From Minisyncoccota bacterium (GTDB lineage: Bacteria; Patescibacteriota; Minisyncoccia; Phycocordibacterales; DATDWN01), in NCBI GenBank assembly GCA_041674105.1, contig JBAYWK010000001.1, forward strand, positions 167,114-231,113: a DNA stretch of 64,000 bases, given 5' to 3'. Each line of letters starts with the position of its first letter. The stretch's first letter is position 1. The notes beneath the pieces were generated by a model. That model ran no database searches and was not told the origin of the DNA. It was given only the letters and a program-made list of their open reading frames with translations. The position numbers and the translations under genes were made by a program. Of the stretch, positions 9,411 through 18,795 are shown piece after piece.

Positions 9411-9908
9411 ATGCAATATGGTATAGTCATTTCTATGAAAAAAGAGGTTTTTGTATTACTTCATAATATAAGAAGTATTCATAATGTTGGTTCTATATTT
9501 CGCACATCAAACGCTTTGGGTATAAATAAAATATACCTTTCGGGCTTTACTCCTACACCTTTGGACCGTTTCAATAAAAAAAGAAAAGATTTTGCAAAGG
9601 TTTCTCTCGGTTCTGAAAACGAAATAAATTGGGAGTATGTAGAAAAACCAACAAAGCTTTTAAAAGAACTAAAGAAACAAAATTTTCAGATAATAGGACT
9701 TGAGCAGTTTAAAAAGTCTAAAGACTATAAAAAAATAAAAACAAAATTTCCAGTAATTTTTTTGGTGGGTAATGAAGTAGAAGGGATAGATAAAAAAATG
9801 CTAGGCATTTGTGATGTTGTAGCTGAAATACCAATGAAAGGAAAGAAAGAATCACTCAATGTCTCAATTGCTTTTGGTGTAGGTCTATTTAGGATTTTGG
9901 AGATTTAG
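9411..9908 (+). CDS. SpoU/TrmH-family RNA 2'-O-methyltransferase
   Basis: SPOUT motifs LLHNIRSIHNVGSIFRTSNALG, GNEVEGI and ESLNVSIAFGVG. The real start may be MKKEV at 9435. Confidence 0.7.
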   Translation: MQYGIVISMKKEVFVLLHNIRSIHNVGSIFRTSNALGINKIYLSGFTPTPLDRFNKKRKDFAKVSLGSENEINWEYVEKPTKLLKELKKQNFQIIGLEQFKKSKDYKKIKTKFPVIFLVGNEVEGIDKKMLGICDVVAEIPMKGKKESLNVSIAFGVGLFRILEI

Positions 9909-10792
9909 TAGGTTAGACTGTGAACTATTTTTCCTTCATTATCATATAAAATAATATTTTCTTTTCTTTGTTTCCACAAAATATCGCTTCTTTTTAGGTA
10001 CACCCTCCATTCTTTTTTATAGAAATCAGGATCATTTTTGTATGTGTTTATGCAAGAATTGTAGTTTATTTTCTCATATATAAAGTTTTTACATTCATAA
10101 CTCCAGTTTAGAGGTAGTGTTTTTGTTTCTATCTTACAAGAGGGGAAGTATTCAATATAATCAAGGCAAGCATCATTTATTGTTAACTTTGGAATAGAGG
10201 ATAGATCCATTTCTCTAGGTCTAGGACAACTTGTGGTTAGGTAGGGTATGAATGTTTGAAATTGAGACAAGTACCCAGAACATTTATTCACCTTAAAACT
10301 TGCTCCATTTGGTGAAATACCTGTGACAATATAAACAGTTTCTCCTCCAGATAGAATTATGTTTTCTTCAGAATTTACTTGTCCAGCAAAAAACAAATAA
10401 GATGCTCTAGGTATTGTGATGGAGTTTCCTGAACTAGCACTTCTTATTGTCCAGCCGGTTATAGGTATGCTTGTTGTGGCTTTATTGTCTGTTTGAATTG
10501 TTATATATTCATTTCCCGGTTTTGTTGAACGGCTAACATATCTTATAAATACCAACCCTTTGTATTTTGATTCTGTTTTCTGAGCTTCTTTCTCGTCTAT
10601 TTGTTTTTGTATATCCAGGGCTTGTTTTTCTGCTTCGTTTAGTTGTTTTTGAATATCCACCCTTTGCTCTGCTTCTGTTTTTGGAGTGTTGTCTACAGGA
10701 GGACCAGTTAGGTTGTTTTTTGTACCACCGAAAAGAGCAATACCAATGATAAGAAGAAGAATACCTATTCCTGTATAGTCATCTTTACTCAT
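9905..10792 (-). CDS. membrane-anchored protein with lamin-tail-like (LTD) beta domain and Cys-rich C-terminal region
   Basis: N-terminal TM helix followed by a coiled coil. The segment EYITIQTDNKATTSIPITGWTIRSASSGNSITIPRASYLFFAGQ...ETVYIVTG matches the LTD pattern. Confidence 0.45.
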   Translation of the reverse strand: MSKDDYTGIGILLLIIGIALFGGTKNNLTGPPVDNTPKTEAEQRVDIQKQLNEAEKQALDIQKQIDEKEAQKTESKYKGLVFIRYVSRSTKPGNEYITIQTDNKATTSIPITGWTIRSASSGNSITIPRASYLFFAGQVNSEENIILSGGETVYIVTGISPNGASFKVNKCSGYLSQFQTFIPYLTTSCPRPREMDLSSIPKLTINDACLDYIEYFPSCKIETKTLPLNWSYECKNFIYEKINYNSCINTYKNDPDFYKKEWRVYLKRSDILWKQRKENIILYDNEGKIVHSLTY

Positions 10793-10801
10793 TTATATAT
10801 T

Positions 10802-11704
10802 CTACATCTTTTGGTGTTTATCACAAAAGTGTGTACTTCTTCCTCCGATAACAATTCTCTTTATTATCCCTCCACAACCTCTTTTAGAACAAATCTCTTT
10901 TGTTTTTCGGTATACTTTATGTGAATTTTGAAAGCCTCCTTTTTCTCCATTTATATTTCTATAATCAGACATTGAGTCTCCTCCCATAGAAATAGATTTT
11001 TTCAATATTTTTATCATTGAATTTAGTATTCTCTTGTACTGATTGTCGGAGATAGACAAAACTTTTTTTTCTGGGTGTATACACGACTCCCAAAGGATTT
11101 CATCAGAATAGATATTACCAATTCCAGCAATTAAGGATTGGTCCATAAGAGCAGTTTTTATTTTAAGTGTTGGTTTTTTTAATAGCTGAGATTTAAGTTT
11201 TTTAAATGATAAGTTGTTTAAAGGATCTACCCCAAGTTCTTTTAAGTGAATACTTTTATATACAAAATCTGTCTCAAAAAGCCTAACAGTCCCAAATTTT
11301 CTCATATCTGAAAAGGCTAAATTTTTACCGTTAGACAAGCTAATAACAAATCTCAAGTGACCATTGAAAGGGTCTTTTAGATTTTTTTCATCACTTTGCC
11401 ATTTTTTATTTTTAAAAATATATTTTCCGTAAAGAAAATGTCCAGTCATTTTCATATGGACTAGAATAGTTTTATTTTTGTTTAGATGTACCAGTATGTA
11501 TTTTCCTCTTCTTTCTACATCTTTAAATTTTGAACCGATTATTTCTTTTTTAAATTTTTTAAAATATTTTTTATTTTTAAGTGTATCTTTTTGTTTGTAT
11601 TTTGTTCCAATATAATAGTCTGTCCATACATCTTTTATGGAAAGGTTTGGCAAAACCTTTCTTAGTCCTTTTACTGTTGTTGTAACTTCTGGTAATTCAG
11701 GCAT
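10802..11704 (-). CDS. mutM: formamidopyrimidine-DNA glycosylase (Fpg/Nei family)
   Basis: Starts MPELPEV. C-terminal zinc finger CSKRGCGG...CDKHQ. Confidence 0.8.
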   Translation of the reverse strand: MPELPEVTTTVKGLRKVLPNLSIKDVWTDYYIGTKYKQKDTLKNKKYFKKFKKEIIGSKFKDVERRGKYILVHLNKNKTILVHMKMTGHFLYGKYIFKNKKWQSDEKNLKDPFNGHLRFVISLSNGKNLAFSDMRKFGTVRLFETDFVYKSIHLKELGVDPLNNLSFKKLKSQLLKKPTLKIKTALMDQSLIAGIGNIYSDEILWESCIHPEKKVLSISDNQYKRILNSMIKILKKSISMGGDSMSDYRNINGEKGGFQNSHKVYRKTKEICSKRGCGGIIKRIVIGGRSTHFCDKHQKM

Positions 11705-11708
11705 CTAT

Positions 11709-12284
11709 TTAAGAGAGTAGTTTAAGAGCTTTTTTAACTTTTTCACCAACATCCTCTATATCAGTAACTTTTTTTAGAGCTTCTCTGGAGTCCTTTTCGC
11801 TATAACCTAGAGAGGTTAGAGCCATAAGAGCATCGATATCTTGTGATAAAGAAGAATCTGTTTTATTCGAGAAGTTGGAGATCTTATCTTTTAATTCTAT
11901 TACGATTTTTTCTGCATTTTTTCTGCCAACCCCAGAAACCTTTATAAGATGACTAGTGTCTCCCATAGAAACTGCATGAACTAGGTTTGAGAGGGAGGCG
12001 ACTGATATAATACCCAAGGCGGATTTTGGACCTATACCTGAGACGGATAGGAGAAGCTCAAAAAAATCTAACTCTTCTTTTTGTAAAAAACCATATAGAT
12101 CTAAAGAATTTTCTCTAACCGCTAAATATGTCCAAAAAGAAGCCTTCTCTTTAATGTTAGAGGGTAAATACGCTATGTTAGTGTATATCTTGTAACCGAC
12201 TCCGGAGACATCCAGAATAATATACTTTGGGTCAGTGTGTAGTATTTCTCCACTAAGGTATCCTATCATAGGCATATTATACAT
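11709..12284 (-). CDS. ruvA: Holliday junction DNA helicase RuvA
   Basis: MIGYLSGEIL...ILDVSGVGYKI N-terminal OB domain. HhH GIGPKSA. Confidence 0.8.
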   Translation of the reverse strand: MYNMPMIGYLSGEILHTDPKYIILDVSGVGYKIYTNIAYLPSNIKEKASFWTYLAVRENSLDLYGFLQKEELDFFELLLSVSGIGPKSALGIISVASLSNLVHAVSMGDTSHLIKVSGVGRKNAEKIVIELKDKISNFSNKTDSSLSQDIDALMALTSLGYSEKDSREALKKVTDIEDVGEKVKKALKLLS

Positions 12285-12365
12285 AATAGGCTAAATAGAA
12301 GCTATTTTGGGTGAAGTTACTACGAGGTTGATTTATTTCTCCTTATGTTATACTCTATAGCTCAT

Positions 12366-12629
12366 ATGCCAATTATAAAATCAGCTAAAAAAGCGCTAAG
12401 AGGTTCTAAAAGAAAGAGGCTTTTTAACCTTAGAAAAAAAGAGCAAGTAAGTAAGACTATAAAACAAGTTAAGAAATTACTTGTTGAAAAAGATGTAAAG
12501 GGAGCGGAAGCTCTTATGTCAAAGGTTCAAAAAGTTTTGGACAAATCAGCAAAAACAGGACTTTTGAAGAAAAATACAGTTGCTAGAAAGAAAAGTAGAA
12601 TCTCAGCAATGATAAAGAAAGCTAAATAA
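12366..12629 (+). CDS. rpsT: 30S ribosomal protein S20
   Basis: MPIIKSAKKALRGSKRKRLFN...KTGLLKKNTVARKKSRISAMIKK. Start trimmed to 12366. Confidence 0.8.
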   Translation: MPIIKSAKKALRGSKRKRLFNLRKKEQVSKTIKQVKKLLVEKDVKGAEALMSKVQKVLDKSAKTGLLKKNTVARKKSRISAMIKKAK

Positions 12630-12632
12630 CAA

Positions 12633-12656
12633 AAAACCACCCGAGGTGGTTTTTTG
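12633..12656 (+). terminator. rho-independent terminator after rpsT
   Basis: AACCACCC-gag-GTGGTT followed by T5. Confidence 0.6.
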
Positions 12657-12702
12657 TTATTTGTATTGATATAATTGAGTTATTAAAATTAATATAAATA
12701 AT

Positions 12703-12936
12703 ATGGGATTTGGAGAAAGTTTTAAGAATTTTTTTGGGGGAGAAGCTAAGAAGGAAGTGACACAGGAAGAATCTTTGCGAGCAGAGCTGGTCACATTAGA
12801 GGAAAAAGTAGAGCAAGCTAAAAATGATCCTGAATATGGAGAAACACAAGATATGGTTCATATACAAAGAAGAATAAATGAAATAAAACAAGATTTAGGA
12901 TTGGAAGATGACCAGGCAAAAGAAGAAGTCGCATAA
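12703..12936 (+). CDS. small acidic hypothetical protein (77 aa)
   Basis: ORF with its own terminator at 12941-12966 (ACTACC-ttag-GGTAGT + T7). Confidence 0.4.
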   Translation: MGFGESFKNFFGGEAKKEVTQEESLRAELVTLEEKVEQAKNDPEYGETQDMVHIQRRINEIKQDLGLEDDQAKEEVA

Positions 12937-12965
12937 ATAAAAAACTACCTTAGGGTAGTTTTTTT

Positions 12966-13316
12966 GGTAGGAATCTCCCTCAAAAAATCATTTGCCGTCG
13001 CAAGTGATTTTTCTGGGCACCGGTTTGTCGACAAGCTCTGCCGATTTTGTAGACCTCAAATCTCTTCGATTCTGAAAGGGTGCTTTGGCAATGAAAATAC
13101 ATTAGATCCCTAACGAAAAATAGGCTAACGATTCTCAGTAGGAATCTTCCGCGAGTAAAATTTTGCCGTCGCAAAATTTTCTCGTGTCCGCAGCTCGCGA
13201 CCCATCGTGTTCGATGGGTACCCCGCTCCGCTTTTCGATTCCTAACGAAAAGCAATAACATTGCTTTTCTCCGGGAGCACAATATAAAAAACCCAGAGAT
13301 GGGTTTTTTTATATTG
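12966..13316 (-). repeat. tandem pair of GC-rich tRNA-trailer miniature elements downstream of tRNA-Arg(GCG). Each is bounded by a direct copy of the tRNA 3' end GGTAGGAATC: A1 at 12976-13147 and A2 at 13148-13316
   Basis: GGTAGGAATC occurs at 12966-12975, GTAGGAATC at 13139-13147, and again within the tRNA at 13324-13333. A1 carries the 65-nt conserved core at 12976-13043, shared with the elements at 22116 and 26050. A2 carries a degenerate copy. The track's 127-aa ORF at 12980..13363 is an artefact of this region. Confidence 0.6.
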
Positions 13317-13388
13317 TGCTCCCGGTAGGAATCGAACCTACATTTTAACTTCCGCAAAGTCATGTCCTATCCATTGAACGACGGGAGC
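13317..13388 (-). tRNA. tRNA-Arg(GCG)
   Basis: Hand-folded. Acceptor GCTCCCG/CGGGAGC, T-arm GTAGG-TTCGATT-CCTAC, anticodon loop TTGCGGA. The 3' end forms a roughly 25-bp perfect palindrome with the downstream sequence. Confidence 0.7.
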
Positions 13389-13415
13389 AAGTGGAAAAAG
13401 ATTATCACAAACAAA

Positions 13416-13871
13416 CTAAAAACCAAAATAAATCAAAAATTTTGTTAAAAAAGATTCAGTGTGAGTAACTTCTTCTAAATAATTGGATAGTAGATCCTTA
13501 ACATCTTCTGGCTCAACATCTTTTATTAATATAATTATATAAGAGGATACTGTTTTTTTTGGCAGGATTATTATCCTAGGGAATTTGTCTTTTGTTTCAA
13601 CCCAAAATGATTCTAAGTCGCTATAAGGGTAATATGTTTGTCCCATATTTATTCCTTTTTCATTTATCTTTATCTCAATATTTTCGGGTCTTCTTGATGC
13701 GTATAGGGTTAATATAGACATTGAGACAATTATCAAAATAGCAAAGATAATATTGTTTAAGATTATAGCTACTAAAGCTATAGACACTGTTATTATCCCA
13801 ACTATCCAATACCAATCAGAGTTTTTTTCTGAGTGTATATATTCAGGAGCAATCCAATTTATTTTTTCCAT
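13416..13871 (-). CDS. membrane protein with two N-terminal TM helices and a bacterial PH-like (YdbS-like) topology
   Basis: 151 aa. Hydrophobic hairpin followed by a soluble domain. Confidence 0.4.
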   Translation of the reverse strand: MEKINWIAPEYIHSEKNSDWYWIVGIITVSIALVAIILNNIIFAILIIVSMSILTLYASRRPENIEIKINEKGINMGQTYYPYSDLESFWVETKDKFPRIIILPKKTVSSYIIILIKDVEPEDVKDLLSNYLEEVTHTESFLTKFLIYFGF

Positions 13872-13875
13872 ATAT

Positions 13876-14322
13876 TTATTTTAGCACTTTTAAGGGTTTC
13901 ATGTGCGAAGCTATGCCTATGGCACAGGTTATAAGTGCAATATTTTTAATTATATATTGTCCCTCTAAAGTTGGAATCATAAAACGGCTCCATGATATTT
14001 GTTGTAAAAAGAATAGAGGCAAGGCGGTGGTTATCATATGTATAAAAAGTAGGGGAATTACAACTCTTTCTAACTTTGGAACCAAAAATAAAATACCTAT
14101 TAGCATTTCAAATAGGCCAAATAAAATAATAAATAGTTCAAAAGACATAAAAGGGAGTGTTTTTGACAATAAATCACTTACAAGAGGGTTTGCAGGACTT
14201 TGGTCTATTATTTTTAAGAACCCAAACCAGAAATATATTATAAATAAACTCAGTCTAGCCACGGGGACAGATATTTTTTTAAAGAAATTTATTAAATGTA
14301 TATCTAATAATTGTATGTTCAT
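13876..14322 (-). CDS. DUF417/YkgB-like small polytopic membrane protein
   Basis: 148 aa, four helices. LFIIYFWFGFLKI-type motif. Confidence 0.35.
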   Translation of the reverse strand: MNIQLLDIHLINFFKKISVPVARLSLFIIYFWFGFLKIIDQSPANPLVSDLLSKTLPFMSFELFIILFGLFEMLIGILFLVPKLERVVIPLLFIHMITTALPLFFLQQISWSRFMIPTLEGQYIIKNIALITCAIGIASHMKPLKVLK

Positions 14323-14323
14323 A

Positions 14324-15580
14324 TTATCTTATTTTTGTTATATCTCTCGGGTAAAAAATATCTAGTGTCCATTCAAAAGCAATATGTATTCTTTTTTCCC
14401 ACGACAAAAATTTGAACAAATAAACCGTTCTCCAGATCCACCATGCTATTTTTCCAGAAATCACAAAACTAAATATTTTTCCAGCGGCAAACCATTGTCC
14501 CAAAGAGACCAGTGTTCCTTTTGATTTATAAATAAATTTGGAAAGTTTTTTGTTTTTTATACTAGCTATTATGTTTCTGGCTACAATTTTAGCTTCACTA
14601 ACAGCTACTTGAGCAAGCATTGGTGGTGGAGGATTTCCATTTAGTTGAGTAACGCAGGCACTGTCTCCTAGGACAAAAATGTTTGGCATATCTATCATTC
14701 TCAAAAACTCATCTGTTTCAAGTCTTCCTCCAACGAATTTCGCATTATGCTCCATACATTTTGGAGTAGAGGGAGTAACTCCTGTTGCCCAAACTATAGT
14801 ATTGGCAGATAAAGTTGATTCATCTGAAAAGTGGATCGTTCCGGGAGATACAGATGAAACCATTTTGCTTAGAAGGAGAGTTACTCCCATTTCTTCCAAT
14901 CTCTTAGCAGCTATTTTTTGTATTTTTGGGTGAAAAGGTTTTAGTATTTCAGGTCCTGTATTTATAAGAGATATAGATATATCTTTAACATGATACTTTT
15001 TATCACCTTTGTAATATCTATTTTTTATTTCACAAGCAAATTCAGCTATTTCAGATACCGTTTCTACTCCAGTAGCACCTCCTCCAACAACCACAAAAGA
15101 TAAAAGTTTTTTCCTTTCATTCTCATCTTTGGTCAAAGTAGCTTTTTCAAAAGAATCAATAATAGATTGCCTAATGTTTACAGCATCCTCTAAGTTTTTT
15201 AGGCCGAGAGAGTTTTCTTTTGCTCCTGGAATGTTATAGTAGTTTGTTTCAGCTCCTGTAGCCAAAACAACATAGTCATAAGGTATCTCACAGTTTTCTG
15301 TCTGGATTACCTTTTTTGAAGTATTTATTGAAATAACAATATCTTGGTATATTGTTATACCTGTTTTTTTAAATATTTCTCTTAGAGCTTCTGAAATACT
15401 GGTTGGATGAAGTCCTCCTGTGGCTACCTCGTGAAGTAGTGGGGTGAATAAAAAATAATTTGTTTTATTTATTAAGGTTATGTCTAAAACACCTTTTTTA
15501 ACATAGGGAATAAGGTATTTTGCCGTATAAAGACCTCCAAAACCTGCCCCAACTATGACGATATGCGGTTTAGTAGACAT
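14324..15580 (-). CDS. ndh: type II NADH dehydrogenase (NDH-2) / FAD-dependent pyridine nucleotide-disulfide oxidoreductase
   Basis: Two Rossmann motifs, IVIVGAGFGGL and FVVVGGGATGVE. 418 aa. Confidence 0.75.
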   Translation of the reverse strand: MSTKPHIVIVGAGFGGLYTAKYLIPYVKKGVLDITLINKTNYFLFTPLLHEVATGGLHPTSISEALREIFKKTGITIYQDIVISINTSKKVIQTENCEIPYDYVVLATGAETNYYNIPGAKENSLGLKNLEDAVNIRQSIIDSFEKATLTKDENERKKLLSFVVVGGGATGVETVSEIAEFACEIKNRYYKGDKKYHVKDISISLINTGPEILKPFHPKIQKIAAKRLEEMGVTLLLSKMVSSVSPGTIHFSDESTLSANTIVWATGVTPSTPKCMEHNAKFVGGRLETDEFLRMIDMPNIFVLGDSACVTQLNGNPPPPMLAQVAVSEAKIVARNIIASIKNKKLSKFIYKSKGTLVSLGQWFAAGKIFSFVISGKIAWWIWRTVYLFKFLSWEKRIHIAFEWTLDIFYPRDITKIR

Positions 15581-15586
15581 AAAAAT

Positions 15587-15997
15587 TTAGGCGCCTAATT
15601 GGCGAATTAGAATATAAATATCCAAACTATAATAACCAGCTCCAACTAAAAATAGAACAGAAAGACCGGCCAATATTATTAAATCCATTTCCCACCCTCC
15701 TTTCTCAGAAAATTTTTTTCGCCATACTTTTATTTTAATATAGATTGCTCCCAGCATTATTATCATAAGACCTAAGGCAGCGTATTGAGTTAGAAAACCA
15801 ATCATTAAGGCAATAGCACCTAGAGGCTCAACAATAGACAGAAGTCTATTTATGTTTATCATAGATTTAGATATTTGCTCATCTGGCCTCATTTTCCACA
15901 TCCTAAGTTTTTGTATGCCGTGAACTAGAAAAGAAGCTCCTATAGCCAGTCTAAGAAAAATCAGACCGTAATCTATGTATAAATAAAGTGTTTCCAT
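15587..15997 (-). CDS. DoxX-family membrane protein
   Basis: RLAIGASFLVHGIQKL motif. 136 aa, four helices. Confidence 0.55.
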   Translation of the reverse strand: METLYLYIDYGLIFLRLAIGASFLVHGIQKLRMWKMRPDEQISKSMININRLLSIVEPLGAIALMIGFLTQYAALGLMIIMLGAIYIKIKVWRKKFSEKGGWEMDLIILAGLSVLFLVGAGYYSLDIYILIRQLGA

Positions 15998-16040
15998 ATT
16001 TTTTAGTTAAGTATAATTGAATAATTATACCTTAATTTTT

Positions 16041-16715
16041 CTATTTTTCTATATAGGATTTTGTATATTCGTAAAGAGATGACCAAAAAGCTCCAGCGAA
16101 AGAGGCTACAACTAATTCTTCTATTGGTACACCTAGTATAAATAAACCCGAGATATTTTCCAGGTTATAAGAATATTCTACTAAACCTTCAAAAATCAAA
16201 TTTATTAAAACAAAAACTAAAAAATAAAAACAACTAAAAACAACAGAGGTTACAAATATTTGCTTCCATAAGTCCCTACGATGATAAATTATAAATATAG
16301 ATCCTAACCCCGAGATGACTACTAGGCCGTAAATAGCTTTTGTGGGGTAAAAAATAGAAAAGATTATTATTGAAATAGCTGTAGTTAGTACAGGGTAGTA
16401 ATTTTTGGTAGCAGAGCGATTTATTTTTACTAATTTTTTCTTAAATAGGAATTCATAAATAACTGATGCTATACCAGCCATAAAGAAAAAGAATATGAAA
16501 CTTTCTATTCCAAAACCGTATTTTTCTATCAAACCAAAAAGGGAGTCGGGTTTCCAGTATTGTGGAACCAAAAAATAGTCAAAAAAGCCAAAAGGTAAGC
16601 CAATAAAACTTGCCCACAACATTTCTTTCCTCAAATCTTTTCTTTTTATATAAATGAATAGCCAAAAAAGCGAAAGAATAAAACAGCCTGTAATATATGC
16701 ATATGGATAAGACAT
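16041..16715 (-). CDS. polytopic membrane protein (possibly lycopene-cyclase-domain-like)
   Basis: 224 aa, about seven helices. LGVPIEEL motif. Confidence 0.35.
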   Translation of the reverse strand: MSYPYAYITGCFILSLFWLFIYIKRKDLRKEMLWASFIGLPFGFFDYFLVPQYWKPDSLFGLIEKYGFGIESFIFFFFMAGIASVIYEFLFKKKLVKINRSATKNYYPVLTTAISIIIFSIFYPTKAIYGLVVISGLGSIFIIYHRRDLWKQIFVTSVVFSCFYFLVFVLINLIFEGLVEYSYNLENISGLFILGVPIEELVVASFAGAFWSSLYEYTKSYIEK

Positions 16716-16872
16716 TTAAATAAGTATAATTTTTTTGTGGTATTCATTGTACAAAATTCGAATGTATTTTGAAAGTAACCCTGATGCCGACTAAACGACT
16801 TAGGATGCGGATTAATTCCGACAAAAAGTATTTTTGGTTTTTTGTATCTATAAAGGATTATGTGTGTCTTTG

Positions 16873-17214
16873 CTATTTCTCCAAAATGGTTTTTAGAGTC
16901 AATGCTTCGTTGTGCTCCATATCTTTCGCACCGTACACGAGCGTGACCATTCCTTTCTTGCCCAGGCGTTTGAGTTCCGCGAGCAGGTCGGTTTTTGACT
17001 TGAGTTCGCGCCTGTATTTCACTTGGAACGTCGTCCATCGCTTCGGATCGTGACCAAACCACTTCCGCAACTCGGTGCTCGGGCCGATATCTTTAAGCCA
17101 CATATCTATCGCTGCTTTTTGTTTCGTAAGGCCACGTGGCCAAAGCCTATCTACTAAAATTCTTCTGCCGTCGTTTTTTGTAGGCTTCTCGTATACGCGT
17201 TTAATTCTTATCAT
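16873..17214 (-). CDS. DUF488 family protein (YeaO-like)
   Basis: MIRIKRVYE...RILVDRLWPRG...WFGHDPKRW. GC-rich, around 50%. Start trimmed to avoid overlap with the next gene. Confidence 0.6.
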   Translation of the reverse strand: MIRIKRVYEKPTKNDGRRILVDRLWPRGLTKQKAAIDMWLKDIGPSTELRKWFGHDPKRWTTFQVKYRRELKSKTDLLAELKRLGKKGMVTLVYGAKDMEHNEALTLKTILEK

Positions 17215-17221
17215 AGTGTAA

Positions 17222-17935
17222 TTAATATCCGCTAAATTCTTCAGTCCTGATATTGTCTTCATTGGCGCCGGCTTTCATCAGCATCTCGCGCATTGCTTTG
17301 ACCATGCCGACAGGCCCGGACAAGTAATAGATCGGGATGGCGATGTCCAGTATGTACCGCTTTAACATGGCGTCGTCGATATACCCACTCTCTCCACTCC
17401 ATTCGGTTTCGGGAGTATCGGTATAGACGGGGATAAATATGAAATTCTGATTTTCTTTTGCAAAGCCTACCATGTCTGCCGTAAAGGCCGCGTCAGCTGG
17501 GGTTTTGTTAGAATACAAAAGTGTTATCTTGTGTGGCAGGTGGTCGTGCGATGCCTGCGCGATAATGCTTCGTACTGGCGTGATGCCGATGCCGCCAATC
17601 AGGAAGACGGCTGGCGTGGTCTCGTTCTTATGAAGTTTGAAATCTCCATACGGAGCGTCAAATTTTACTTCCGTACCAATGGGAAGATTTTTAAGTACAC
17701 GCTTAAAGGCGGTATCCCGCATACGCGTTGCTGTCACGATATTACTTTCGTATGGTGCGTGAGCGAGAGAAAAACCTCTTGTATTTCCTTCTTCATCGGT
17801 CTCGGGAGGATTGATCAAAGTAATATCGCAAAATTGTCCGGCGACAAATTCGAATCCGGCTGGCTTTTCCCAATAGAAAGCCATTGTACCGTTTGCAATT
17901 TCTTCTTTTTTTGTGAGCTTTATATTGTATATCAT
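17222..17935 (-). CDS. ferredoxin-NADP+ reductase-like FAD/NAD(P)-binding oxidoreductase
   Basis: RGFSLA FAD motif and GGIGITP NAD motif. GC-rich. Confidence 0.6.
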   Translation of the reverse strand: MIYNIKLTKKEEIANGTMAFYWEKPAGFEFVAGQFCDITLINPPETDEEGNTRGFSLAHAPYESNIVTATRMRDTAFKRVLKNLPIGTEVKFDAPYGDFKLHKNETTPAVFLIGGIGITPVRSIIAQASHDHLPHKITLLYSNKTPADAAFTADMVGFAKENQNFIFIPVYTDTPETEWSGESGYIDDAMLKRYILDIAIPIYYLSGPVGMVKAMREMLMKAGANEDNIRTEEFSGY

Positions 17936-17989
17936 GTTATTTTTATGGTTATTTTTTAAACTTCGTTTGAGAATATATAATTTGTCCAT

Positions 17990-18198
17990 TTCTTACTTTT
18001 AAAAAAGACGTGAGTCGATATCTTGTGGCAGAAGTGCAGTTCATGATGTCGTGCACAAGCCAACCCTTTGCGGAAATTTGAATTCCGATTTGTTGCGGTG
18101 ACGATTGCTGGAACTTTGAACCGATAATACGGCTTAGTTACAGCAATGTTGATAAAATTATACGAAAATTAAGGCGAATATACCAAGAAAAGCCGGAC
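17990..18198 (-). repeat. copy 1 of a roughly 200-bp paralogous leader/intergenic element (5' of the oxidoreductase gene, begins at the NUDIX stop)
   Basis: About 70% identical to 18796-19006. Shared blocks TTCTGAGCAAA, GATATC, TTTTATCAACA and ATCGTCACCGC. Confidence 0.5.
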
Positions 18199-18768
18199 TT
18201 ATTCGATATTCCTACTTTTGCTCAGAAGATTTACTAATTTCCTCAACCTCCTCGTCTCAGAAAGCTTGGATCCTGCAAGCCGGGTAGAGGCACCAGTGGA
18301 GGCTATAAGAGTGGCACGCTTGAGCTCCGTCAGTTGGAGTTTCGAAAGATAATCAGTGATCATCTTTCGCGCGGGCGGATTAAAACCACTATATGCTTCT
18401 CCGGCGATGTAGTCTTTTATCGGAACCCAACGCCATTCAGAAAATTTCTCCGGTTCCATGAGCTTGGCTTCTTGATCAGTTGTGCAGTAGAACATCAACA
18501 CCACATCTCCTTCTTTCGCTCCAGGAACTTCGCCAATAAAATCTAAAATTTTCAAATCTGTAATATTAACCTCTTCAGCCGTCTCTCGGCGAAGAGTTTG
18601 CTCGATGGTCTCTCCCAAATCTGATCTACCTCCTGGAATTGTCCAAACGGAAATTTTCTTCCACTTGTCGGGCGTATAGTGGCGATGTCCGGTTAACACT
18701 TTGCCGTCTTTTACAATGACCGCAATCGGACAGGTGATTTCATCTCCTTGTTTTGTAAGTTGTTCGTT
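18199..18768 (-). CDS. NUDIX hydrolase
   Basis: Nudix box GGRSDLGETIEQTLRRETAEEVNI. Start set to MNEQ; the track's start is GTG. Confidence 0.75.
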   Translation of the reverse strand, partial: NEQLTKQGDEITCPIAVIVKDGKVLTGHRHYTPDKWKKISVWTIPGGRSDLGETIEQTLRRETAEEVNITDLKILDFIGEVPGAKEGDVVLMFYCTTDQEAKLMEPEKFSEWRWVPIKDYIAGEAYSGFNPPARKMITDYLSKLQLTELKRATLIASTGASTRLAGSKLSETRRLRKLVNLLSKSRNIE

Positions 18769-18795
18769 CATAGTTCGAATCCCATCAGGGTTCAC

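Noticed and set aside
12980-13363. 127-aa minus-strand ORF
   Set aside because: It lies entirely within the GC-rich tandem trailer elements and tRNA-Arg. The long ORF is a GC-composition artefact.
16646-17062. ORFs 16646..17062 (-) and 16769..17053 (+)
   Set aside because: They overlap, out of frame, the DUF488 gene, which has clear family motifs. High local GC produces long spurious frames.
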